Source: a virus (Duplodnaviria > Caudoviricetes). Taken from it: DNA of 64,000 nucleotides. Every line of letters begins with the position of its first letter. Positions within the stretch are counted from its first letter, which is position 1. The translations under genes and the position numbers were made by a program. The notes below the pieces were generated by a model that did not search any database, was not told the origin of the DNA, and worked only from the letters and a program-made list of their open reading frames with translations. The stretch is taken from positions 1,060 through 65,059 of the IMG/VR virus record IMGVR_UViG_3300031578_000021; one strand, 5' to 3'. This document shows, piece after piece, positions 30,799 to 39,309 of this stretch.

Positions 30799-32130
30799 AT
30801 GCAAACAATTTCTATTGATGACGTTATTATTGAGCTTGACCGCCATAGAAAAGATCTCGAGGAGGAACCCCTAAAAGAACTTATCCTTAGCATTCTAACC
30901 CTCGGCCTCCTCCACGCCCCCGTTATGCAAAATGATGGAAGAACCCTCGTTGCAGGGTTTAGGCGTTTTCGTGCGATTTCTGCAATCCACTCCGTAGGTA
31001 AGACATTTAAATATCAGGGGGAGGACGTACCTTTCGGCCAACTTCCCGTTACCAAGCTCGGCGACCTTTCTGAGGATATGCTTAAGGAAGCGCAGCTTGA
31101 TGAGAATATCAAGCGAGAGCCGCTCACTTGGCAGGAAAGGGCGGCGGCGATTGCGGACCTTCATATGCTTAGGGAGCGCCAAGCAAAGAAGGTTGGGAAG
31201 ACGCAGACCTTTAGCGATACGGCTAAGGAAATAAAGACAGAGGAACACTCAGACAACTATGTCCGTAATGACGTTCGGGCTGCAGTAACCATTAAAGCCT
31301 TCGAAGATGATCCGGAGGTTATGCGGGCTGCTACGCAAAAAGAAGCAATTAAGATCATTGAGAAGAAATTGACCAAGGCTCATAATGAAGCCCTGGCAAA
31401 GCAATTCCTTACCAATAACGCCACTCCTCACGAACTTATCAAGGGAAACTTGTTGGAGGTTCTTCCGCAGTTCGCTGATGGGCAATTTGACGCCATCATA
31501 GCCGATCCCCCCTACGGCCAGGACGCAGATAAGGGGAATAATATGAGTGCGACTAAGCACTCTTACCAAGACGATGAGGCATATTCGGATAAGTGTATTG
31601 AGACAATCGCAGTTGAGGGTTATCGTGTCGCTAAGGCACGGGCTCATATGTATATGTTTGTGAGTAGTAATCCTAACCGGCAGGTGAAGGTAATTAGAAT
31701 TCTTAAAGCTGCGGGGTGGGATGTTTGGAATACCCCGTTTGTTTGGTATAAGGATAACGTTGGGGTGTGTCCTCGTCCAGATCTTGGCCCACGCCGATCG
31801 TATGAAAGTATCCTCTATTGCATTAAAGGGGAGAAGCGTATTCAAGCAGTCTACCTAGACACCTTCCTTATCAAGCATGAAAAGGGGATTGATTACGCGG
31901 CGCATAAACCCGCAGAGTTATATTGGGCTTTGCTATCTCATAGCTGCATCCCAGGTAATAAAGTCTTAGATCCCTCTTGTGGTAGTGGGCCAATCTTCCC
32001 AGCAGCTACTAAACTTAACCTTATCGCTGTTGGGATTGAAATGGATGAGAATGCGCTTGGGCTGGCGGCACAAAGACTTACCACTAAAATGTCAGATCCC
32101 CTAGAGGATTTTGAGAATAATGATGAGTGA
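30799..32130 (+). CDS. ParB-like N-terminal domain fused to an amino-DNA methyltransferase
   Basis: GLLHAP, LVAGFRRFRA, ENIKR; then ADPPYG, HKP, VLDPSCGSG (catalytic motif before SAM motif, beta order). Confidence 0.85.
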   Translation: MQTISIDDVIIELDRHRKDLEEEPLKELILSILTLGLLHAPVMQNDGRTLVAGFRRFRAISAIHSVGKTFKYQGEDVPFGQLPVTKLGDLSEDMLKEAQLDENIKREPLTWQERAAAIADLHMLRERQAKKVGKTQTFSDTAKEIKTEEHSDNYVRNDVRAAVTIKAFEDDPEVMRAATQKEAIKIIEKKLTKAHNEALAKQFLTNNATPHELIKGNLLEVLPQFADGQFDAIIADPPYGQDADKGNNMSATKHSYQDDEAYSDKCIETIAVEGYRVAKARAHMYMFVSSNPNRQVKVIRILKAAGWDVWNTPFVWYKDNVGVCPRPDLGPRRSYESILYCIKGEKRIQAVYLDTFLIKHEKGIDYAAHKPAELYWALLSHSCIPGNKVLDPSCGSGPIFPAATKLNLIAVGIEMDENALGLAAQRLTTKMSDPLEDFENNDE

Positions 32131-32419
32131 TATTATGCCAAAAGTATACAATAAGCGATGCGACCATATACCAGATGGTGCTGTATATATTGGAAGGCCC
32201 TCTAAATGGGGAAACCCATTTAAGATTGGGCAATGGTATAATGGAAAAAAATTGACTCGGCAAGACTCTATCGATTGCTATGAGGATTGGCTTTTGAATT
32301 CTGATGAAGGAATAAAACTTCTAAAAGACATTCATGATCTTAAAGGAAAAGATTTGGTTTGTTGGTGTTCTCCGGAAGCTTGTCACGGAGATATTCTATT
32401 AAGGCTTGCAAATGAATAA
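32111..32419 (+). CDS. DUF4326 protein
   Basis: VYIGRPSKWGNPF, L.GKDLVCWC.P..CHGD.L. Confidence 0.85.
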   Translation: MRIMMSDIMPKVYNKRCDHIPDGAVYIGRPSKWGNPFKIGQWYNGKKLTRQDSIDCYEDWLLNSDEGIKLLKDIHDLKGKDLVCWCSPEACHGDILLRLANE

Positions 32420-34049
32420 ACTAATAATCTCCGGCCCCCAACCTGCCCGCATAATGTTCGTCGGGGAAGCCCCTGGGGATAAAGAGGTCGAGACTGGCCG
32501 CCCCCTGACTGGACCTTCCGGCTGGGAATTCTCCAAAATGTGTTCGGAAGCAGGGATCGTTCGCGAGTCGTGCTTCATAACAAACTTACTCCAAGAACGT
32601 CCCCCTGGAAAGATTGAGGATCTTTTCTATAAGAAGACTGAGGCTAAACTTAGGGGGGTTACGGAGTTTAAGGGAAGATACCCGGCGCAATCTATAATTG
32701 ATGGGTACAATACACTACAATCTCTTATCGTCCAAACTCGCCCTAACGTAATCGTTCCCCTGGGTGATGCGGCCCTTTGGGCACTGACAGGAAATAGTGG
32801 CATAACTAAGTGGAGGGGAAGTACACTAAGCGCAAAAGTTGAGGGACTTGACTATGAGCCTAAAATCATTCCAACTTTTAACCCTGCCGGTGTGCTCCGC
32901 AATTGGCCTTGGCGATGGATGGTTGTTAACGACCTTAAGCGAGTCGCAGCCGGAGCACACACCCACGAAATATCACTACCAGATTGGAGCTTTATCCTCC
33001 GACCAAGCCTACAGACTTGCCTCGATTGGCTGGGGGAAGCAAAGGGAAAAACTCTTGTCTGCGATATTGAGACCAGAGGATATAACATATCATGCATTGG
33101 ATTTGCATTAGATAAACATAACGCGATCTGTATCCCAATGATGCTCTTGGAGGAACCCTATAGTTATTGGAGCCCCGAAGACGAACTTGCCATAACCCTT
33201 AAACTTAAAGAATTATTTGAGGATAAATCTACAACCCTAATTTTCCATAACGCTTTCTTCGATATGCAGGTAATCGCTCGGCAATGGGGCTTTATCCCGG
33301 CCAACTTCGAAGATACGATGGTTATGCAGCACGTCGCATTTGCGGCGGATATGCCAAAGTCGTTGGCTTTCTGCGCTTCGATGTATTGCAATTATTACTG
33401 CTTCTGGAAGGATGACGGGAAGGAATGGAATATTAAGGAATTTGGGGAGGATACGCATTGGGAATATAACGCAACGGATTGTGCTTACACCTACGAAGTT
33501 TATGAGATGCTCGTCCGCATCTTGAAAGCCTATAATCTTTCCGAACAATATGCCTTCCAGCGCAGGCTAATGCGTTCCCTCCTTATGATGATGTTTCGAG
33601 GGATTAAGGTCGACACCGCCTATAAGCAAAAACTTAACATCATGCTACTTAAGCAAATTCAAGAACATAATCAATGGTTCGAGGATGTACTCGGGCACCC
33701 ACTTAATCCTTCAAGCAATCCTCAGATGAAAATGCTTTTTCACAACGACTTTAAGGCGCCTATCTATAAACACAAGAAAACAAAACAACCCACGCTTGAC
33801 GATGAGGCACTTAAGAAGACTAAGGAAAAGATCCCACTTCTTCGCCCACTCGTTGATGGTATTCTTGAGGTTCGTTCGTTAGGAGTGTTTAGAAATACCT
33901 TTGCCCTTGCGGAGATAGATGAGGATAATAGGGCGAGATGCTTGTTTAACCCTGCGAGGGTTGAGACCTATCGTTTGTCGTCTTCGCAAAATATTTTTGG
34001 GACAGGGCTTAATTTGCAGACTATTCCTAAGGGGAGGGAAGATGAATAG
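32412..34049 (+). CDS. polA: family A DNA polymerase, N-terminal part: UDG-like domain + 3'-5' exonuclease + thumb
   Basis: VGEAPG UDG motif; DIET, HNAFFD, YNATD exonuclease motifs; RGI.VD; T.RLSSS; ends NLQTIPKG. Confidence 0.9.
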   Translation: MNKLIISGPQPARIMFVGEAPGDKEVETGRPLTGPSGWEFSKMCSEAGIVRESCFITNLLQERPPGKIEDLFYKKTEAKLRGVTEFKGRYPAQSIIDGYNTLQSLIVQTRPNVIVPLGDAALWALTGNSGITKWRGSTLSAKVEGLDYEPKIIPTFNPAGVLRNWPWRWMVVNDLKRVAAGAHTHEISLPDWSFILRPSLQTCLDWLGEAKGKTLVCDIETRGYNISCIGFALDKHNAICIPMMLLEEPYSYWSPEDELAITLKLKELFEDKSTTLIFHNAFFDMQVIARQWGFIPANFEDTMVMQHVAFAADMPKSLAFCASMYCNYYCFWKDDGKEWNIKEFGEDTHWEYNATDCAYTYEVYEMLVRILKAYNLSEQYAFQRRLMRSLLMMMFRGIKVDTAYKQKLNIMLLKQIQEHNQWFEDVLGHPLNPSSNPQMKMLFHNDFKAPIYKHKKTKQPTLDDEALKKTKEKIPLLRPLVDGILEVRSLGVFRNTFALAEIDEDNRARCLFNPARVETYRLSSSQNIFGTGLNLQTIPKGREDE

Positions 34050-34353
34050 TTTTGAGGTACTTAGGCTTTGTTTTTCGAACGATTTTATAGAGAAGATGAA
34101 AAATCGTATTTTAGTAAGTACCCACAAATATGGCCTTGTGCAAGAGAATGTCGGAAGAGTTGACATGCTAAAATCCCTCGAGGTACGGATAGATAAGTAC
34201 AGGGATACAGGAAATAAAGAGCATCTAGTAGACATTGCTAATTTTGCAATGTTTGAGTTTATGTTTCCAATGCACCCAAGGGCACACTATCGCGCAACAG
34301 ATTCTGATGAATCAGCAGGAGTAGTAGGGCGTCATGCAAAAACTAGAGATTAA
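34042..34353 (+). CDS. putative MazG-like pyrophosphohydrolase; paralog of 18608-18976
   Basis: HKYG, DTGNKEHLVDIANFAMFEF. Confidence 0.5.
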   Translation: MNSFEVLRLCFSNDFIEKMKNRILVSTHKYGLVQENVGRVDMLKSLEVRIDKYRDTGNKEHLVDIANFAMFEFMFPMHPRAHYRATDSDESAGVVGRHAKTRD

Positions 34354-35071
34354 AGTCTTAGACCATGGCTATGTTAGGCTTCGCAACTTAGCTGGGCCAA
34401 CCAGACGGCTAGATATGGATTTTGACGCGGATGATATCGATCCGGCAAACGCTGCGAGATTCTCCTTCGACGGAGCAGATAAGGGGCGTCTAAGAGAAGA
34501 TGACCTCAAGCTTGCCAACTATCTTATGAAGCATAAACATACTACGCCCTTCGAGATGATTGTTGCGTGGTTTGAGATGAAGATGCCAATTTTCGTTGCA
34601 CGGCAGTTCGTCAGGCACAGAACGGTTAGTATCAATGAGATTAGTGGAAGATATACCAAGCTTCCTAATGATTTCTACATCCCCGACACAGATGCAATTG
34701 GTTGTAAAGCTGCAACTAATAAGCAGGGGAGAACTCTTACTGAAGTAAATGTTTACGCTGACAATTTTAGAGAAATCTTAAGTGCTACTAGTGAGGGGGC
34801 TTATGCCCACTACACTAAGGCATTAGAGCAAGGCATTCCAAACGAACTTGCCAGATGTTTCCTTCCACTAAACATCTATACTAAATGGCTTTGGAAGCAG
34901 GATCTTCATAACCTTATGCATCTTCTTATGCTCCGCCTTGATGGGCACGCCCAATATGAGGCAAGGCAATACGCTAAGGCAATTTATGATCTTCTTAATG
35001 AGGCACTTCCAAATTGTATGAAGCTTTTTAGGGAGTATAGGACGCTGCCCGATGGAGATTATCAGTGGTAG
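34334..35071 (+). CDS. thyX: flavin-dependent thymidylate synthase
   Basis: LDHGYV.L, H.TPFE, PIFVARQ..RHRTVSINEISGRY, ELAR..LP, HAQYE.R. Confidence 0.95.
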   Translation: MQKLEIKVLDHGYVRLRNLAGPTRRLDMDFDADDIDPANAARFSFDGADKGRLREDDLKLANYLMKHKHTTPFEMIVAWFEMKMPIFVARQFVRHRTVSINEISGRYTKLPNDFYIPDTDAIGCKAATNKQGRTLTEVNVYADNFREILSATSEGAYAHYTKALEQGIPNELARCFLPLNIYTKWLWKQDLHNLMHLLMLRLDGHAQYEARQYAKAIYDLLNEALPNCMKLFREYRTLPDGDYQW

Positions 35072-35856
35072 CTGAAACCATCTCCCTACCAAACCTCCGT
35101 AAAATGTTCGTACCCGATGAGGGCTACGTTATCATCGACGCTGACCTAGAGCGTGCCGATGCCCAAGTTGTCTGTTGGGAAGCTGATGATGAAGAACTTA
35201 AGCAAATCTTCAAAAGTGGGGCAGACATCCATGAAGAGAATGGCCGCGCAATCTTTGGGGTAAGCAAGTGTTCGGTAGATCAACGAGATAAAGCAAAGAA
35301 GGGGGTACACGGGGCTAACTATGGGGTGTCCGCCAGAACCCTCGCTGGGCACATAGGCACAACCGTACACGAAGCGGAAGTCTTCCTAGCCCGTTGGTTT
35401 GGTGCCCATCCGAAGATTAAAGCTTGGCATAAACGTACAGCTTTTAACCTAAAAACCAAACGTTGCATTTATAATCAATTTGGCTTCCGCCGTTATTACT
35501 TCGACCGTATGGCTACGGATGATGAGGTAGGCCGAGTCCTTCCGCAAGCACTAGCTTGGTGCCCTCAGTCGACCGTAGGTATTGTAACCAACACCGGCCT
35601 TATTAATATCGAAGATAATCTCCCCTCCGTAATGCCCCTTCTCCAGGTCCATGACTCCTTAGTCCTACAAGCCCCAGAAGATGAATGCCCAGAGGTCTTT
35701 GAGAAAATCCGCCAAAACATGCTAATCACAATCCCCTATCCTGACCCCCTCATAATTCCCGTAGGCGTTAAGGCCAGCCGCCAATCTTGGGGCGATGTTG
35801 AAAAAATTGAATTGTGGGTGCAGGGTGAAAAAACGCTACCTAAAGGACTGGGTTAA
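35065..35856 (+). CDS. polA: family A DNA polymerase, C-terminal palm/fingers part
   Basis: RKMFVPD.G, motif A DADLERAD, DIH, motif B R..AKKGVHGANYG, QST, motif C LQVHDSL. Confidence 0.9.
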   Translation: MVAETISLPNLRKMFVPDEGYVIIDADLERADAQVVCWEADDEELKQIFKSGADIHEENGRAIFGVSKCSVDQRDKAKKGVHGANYGVSARTLAGHIGTTVHEAEVFLARWFGAHPKIKAWHKRTAFNLKTKRCIYNQFGFRRYYFDRMATDDEVGRVLPQALAWCPQSTVGIVTNTGLINIEDNLPSVMPLLQVHDSLVLQAPEDECPEVFEKIRQNMLITIPYPDPLIIPVGVKASRQSWGDVEKIELWVQGEKTLPKGLG

Positions 35857-37030
35857 GGGCTATATGGAATTCACTCGCTTTAGCGAAGCGCCCGATCAGT
35901 TCCATAAATGGACGGCAGTATCGACAATTGCCGGGGCGCTTCGCAAACGTGTTTGGTTTGATATGGGGTATTTTAAATGGACACCTAACTTTTTCATCTT
36001 CTTTGTCGGGCCTTCCGGTGTAGCCACCAAATCCACGTCTATGAACATCGGATTTGATTTGCTAAAGGAAATCCCCGGCATTAACTTCGGCCCATCCGTG
36101 GCGTCGTGGCAAGCCCTAGTGCAAGCCATTGGGGCGTGCAATGAAGAAATCATAACTCCTACGGGGGAATTCGTCCCTATGTCCGCGATGAACATTGCCC
36201 TATCAGAGTTGGGAACATTGATCGATCCAAAAAACAAGGATATGGTTGACGTTCTAGTTGATCTGTGGGATGGGAAGGATGATGTTTGGACTAAGATAAC
36301 AAAGAAGGATGGGGAGGAGTTTATCGTAAACCCTTGGGTTAATATGATTGGCTGTACTACCCCGTCTTGGATTGCAGAAAACGTTAGTGATTATTTCATC
36401 GGGGGAGGGTTTTCTAGTCGGGCGGTATTCATCTACGCTGAACAAAAACGAATGCGGGTAGCATATCCAAAGGAGCTTATGAAAGAGTATGGGGACGGGT
36501 TGGGGAAGCTTAAGGCGGAACTTATTAAAGACCTTGAAGCAATATCAGAAAGTTATGGGGAATACGAATTAAGTAGGGAGGCTGCGGAATGGGGAAAGGC
36601 TTGGTATAATGGGCAAGATGACTCAGAAGAGGTTATGAAGAATAATAAATTCATTGGGCACTATTCCCGTCGTCAAGCCCACTCCCATAAACTAGCAATG
36701 GTCCTAGCCGCATCAAGAAGAAACGAGTTAGTGATAACTAAGGAAGATCTTATCGATGCCACCAAAGAACTAGAAGTTGTTGAAAAGGACATGCAGCAAG
36801 TATTTGGGTTTATGAATCGGGAAGTAGAGATGGTTATTGCTGCTGATGTTCTAGATGTTGTAAGGAAAGAGAAAAGAATACAAAAGACCGCGCTTTATAG
36901 GAAGTTTATGAGAAGCATCAGTAGCGGAACGTTTAATAAAATCCTCGACTCCCTGATAAGTAGTGCCGTCGTAAAACAAGTTTCCATAAACGGACTTATG
37001 TTGATAGAGGCAATTTATGACCAGAAATAA
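35825..37030 (+). CDS. DUF3987-like P-loop protein, putative replicative helicase
   Basis: EAP..FH.W, VGPSG..KST, SELG, LWDG, GCTTPSW, GGF.SR. Confidence 0.75.
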   Translation: MKKRYLKDWVKGYMEFTRFSEAPDQFHKWTAVSTIAGALRKRVWFDMGYFKWTPNFFIFFVGPSGVATKSTSMNIGFDLLKEIPGINFGPSVASWQALVQAIGACNEEIITPTGEFVPMSAMNIALSELGTLIDPKNKDMVDVLVDLWDGKDDVWTKITKKDGEEFIVNPWVNMIGCTTPSWIAENVSDYFIGGGFSSRAVFIYAEQKRMRVAYPKELMKEYGDGLGKLKAELIKDLEAISESYGEYELSREAAEWGKAWYNGQDDSEEVMKNNKFIGHYSRRQAHSHKLAMVLAASRRNELVITKEDLIDATKELEVVEKDMQQVFGFMNREVEMVIAADVLDVVRKEKRIQKTALYRKFMRSISSGTFNKILDSLISSAVVKQVSINGLMLIEAIYDQK

Positions 37031-37255
37031 TACTCCGCAAGAATATATAGCAGCTGGATATACTCCCGGCTCAGCCGTAGCAGCTTTAATTGGATGCACC
37101 TGTAAGGCATCAGAAAATAATGAGGGAAGAGGTTTCATACTCGTTATAAAAACTAATGATATTTTATTTATGGTAGACCCAAGCTGCCCTCTCCATGGAG
37201 AGTCCCCATGCAAGTTGGACCCTGGGCTTAAGCCCTCAAAAGAGGGCACTAAATA

Positions 37256-37981
37256 ATGAAAAGGGTTGTAATCGAGTCCCCTTATTCTGGTGACGTTGAT
37301 GCAAATATAGCCTATCTTCGAGCCTGTATGCACGACTCGCTTGTTAATCACGAGGAAGCCCCTTATCTAAGCCATGGGCTTTATACTCAACCTGGGGTAC
37401 TTAGGGATGAGGATAAAAGTGAGCGGACGCTCGGAATTAACGCTGGCTTTGCTTGGGGAGAGGTAGCACAAAAGGTAGTATTTTATACTGACCTTGGTAT
37501 GAGTGATGGGATGAAGGTTGGCATGGAGAAAGCTAGGCTTAATAACATCCCAACAGAGGAACGTAAACTTGGTAATGATTGGTTTAGCTTTAATCAAGCA
37601 ACCGGAAGCTGGGGGCCAATCGCCCTTTGGAGTGACATCTACGCTTCAACAACCCTTTATTGTTTTAAAAATAAATTAGTTATTTCAGATACATTACACC
37701 TTCCATCCGAAGTCCCATATGCTGTAAGAAGTCTTGGGCAGCAAAATATGATGGAAGCAATTAATGCTTATTGGGAAGGTGAGGCATCTGATGACATATC
37801 CAAAATAACCCTTGCAATTGGAAAACTTTTTCTAGCAGCTATGCGTATGCTAATCCTATATGGGGTTCCTGCAAGATGGGTATTCGCCCGTTTATACGAA
37901 TCAATTCCAACCAAAAAGTTACTTAGCCTGCAGGCTATTAGGGAGTTGTTAGAACAATATTCTGGAAGGAGATTAGTATGA
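37256..37981 (+). CDS. N-terminal deoxyribosyltransferase-like Rossmannoid domain plus unknown C-terminal domain
   Basis: VIESPY.GDV..N, EAP..SH.LY.Q, Y.DLG.S.GM motifs. Confidence 0.6.
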   Translation: MKRVVIESPYSGDVDANIAYLRACMHDSLVNHEEAPYLSHGLYTQPGVLRDEDKSERTLGINAGFAWGEVAQKVVFYTDLGMSDGMKVGMEKARLNNIPTEERKLGNDWFSFNQATGSWGPIALWSDIYASTTLYCFKNKLVISDTLHLPSEVPYAVRSLGQQNMMEAINAYWEGEASDDISKITLAIGKLFLAAMRMLILYGVPARWVFARLYESIPTKKLLSLQAIRELLEQYSGRRLV

Positions 37982-38161
37982 ATAGGTGTGGAATTTGTGG
38001 GAGGGGTGAGGATAGTGATAATCTTGAAAAGTTTTCAGTCAAGCTTGATAAAGTTGATAATGATGATGAGGGATATATTGGAAGGATAACCCTTTGCAAG
38101 ATTTGTAAAGATCATATTATTCGAACATCCCACGCAAAGGGATATTATAAAACCTTTAGAT

Positions 38162-38198
38162 AAAAAGAGGCTCCCTCTCACGAAGGGAGCCTAAGTTT
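38162..38198. terminator. probable bidirectional terminator between convergent transcription units
   Basis: AGGCTCCCT/AGGGAGCCT hairpin with A-run 5' and TTT 3'. Confidence 0.7.
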
Positions 38199-38214
38199 CA
38201 CCGGGCCGAATTTG

Positions 38215-38433
38215 TTACTTATTATCGTCGAACAATGAGGTCATAAGCGCATCGGTGACAGCATTAAGTTCATCCCATTCTGCATCTGTGGGATTTCTAT
38301 TCTCCTTAACCATAGTTTCTACCTTAGCGGCGCCAGTAGTAAAAGCATCGATCGCACCGCTAACACCCTGGACCATAGCAGGAACTAGGTTCATAAGCTT
38401 TACCATAAAAGATAGAATTACAACGGGGTCCAT
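38215..38433 (-). CDS. hypothetical lysis-module protein
   Basis: Last gene of late operon; R.PT.AEW motif. Confidence 0.55.
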   Translation of the reverse strand: MDPVVILSFMVKLMNLVPAMVQGVSGAIDAFTTGAAKVETMVKENRNPTDAEWDELNAVTDALMTSLFDDNK

Positions 38434-38443
38434 TTAAGGCTCC

Positions 38444-38815
38444 TTACATCAAATTGTGGTTTTGGCAGATTTTTATAAAATCATCTACCGCAGCCTTGGC
38501 TATAGCAATAGCAAGGTTGATCTTAGACTCCGCTACGCCAGGGGTTCTCACGACAGTCTGCGCGGATTTAAGGGCGTTGTCAACGTCTTTAGCCGCAGAG
38601 CGTAGGATATCGACAACCTTAGTCTCTGAGCATCCATCCAGACTGCCCTGCCCTTCCTTACATCTTGGCTGACTTTCGTAAGCCACAGCAACAGCAAGTG
38701 GGGCATTAAAATCCGCCTGGACCGCAAAGACTCTTTGCGTAGGAGTCTCTGCCACCATAGACGCACAGCCGACAAGCAGCAACAATAAAAATGTACCACC
38801 AATTTTCCTAATCAT
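38444..38815 (-). CDS. lipoprotein, possible spanin-like lysis protein
   Basis: LLLLVGC lipobox; adjacent to holin-like genes. Confidence 0.6.
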   Translation of the reverse strand: MIRKIGGTFLLLLLVGCASMVAETPTQRVFAVQADFNAPLAVAVAYESQPRCKEGQGSLDGCSETKVVDILRSAAKDVDNALKSAQTVVRTPGVAESKINLAIAIAKAAVDDFIKICQNHNLM

Positions 38816-38988
38816 TTGTCCTTTGCCTTTCCTACGACGAGGGCTAGAGTTTCTATGAACGAGTAGAACTTCTTGACAAAAGCGTCATCCTTGGGGGTAG
38901 GGGTTAAGGCTGTAATGGCGGACGCTGCCGCATGTAGCCCAAGAATAATGCCTAGAACGTCAAGCCAATGTTCAGATAGCCATCCCAT
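38812..38988 (-). CDS. holin-like small membrane protein (58 aa, not in ORF track)
   Basis: MGWLSEHWLDVLGIILGLHAAASAITALTPTPKDD...; GGAG RBS; ATGA overlap with next gene. Confidence 0.65.
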   Translation of the reverse strand: MGWLSEHWLDVLGIILGLHAAASAITALTPTPKDDAFVKKFYSFIETLALVVGKAKDK

Positions 38989-38997
38989 AATACTCTC

Positions 38998-39234
38998 CTA
39001 AATCTTAGTTAAAAGTTCATGTCCAATTGGGGTAAGCCAGCTTAACATAAACATAATTACGGCTACGGCCCCAATAATATACGACCGCCATCGCTCAAGA
39101 CTACCTATCCGCTGAGAATGTACGTTAAGTCTACTATCAGAATTATCCAACCTTTGAAGAATTGCGTTATTTTGTCCCACAATTTCTCCAAGTTTTAGCA
39201 GGATTGAATCAGTAGTGGCCTCTTTTTCTGGCAT
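38998..39234 (-). CDS. XhlA-like coiled-coil + TM protein, putative holin
   Basis: H..RI.SLERWR followed by a hydrophobic helix. Confidence 0.55.
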   Translation of the reverse strand: MPEKEATTDSILLKLGEIVGQNNAILQRLDNSDSRLNVHSQRIGSLERWRSYIIGAVAVIMFMLSWLTPIGHELLTKI

Positions 39235-39309
39235 ATCCTCACCTCTGTCATAGGTGGTTGCGTGGAAGTCCCCGGCCGGGCTTGGACGGTTCGGCCGGGG
39301 ACGGCAAGC

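Noticed and set aside
34050-35064. Group I intron or intein in the polymerase
   Set aside because: The interval is fully occupied by two ORFs with RBSs; no homing endonuclease motifs and no Cys/Ser...His-Asn intein ends
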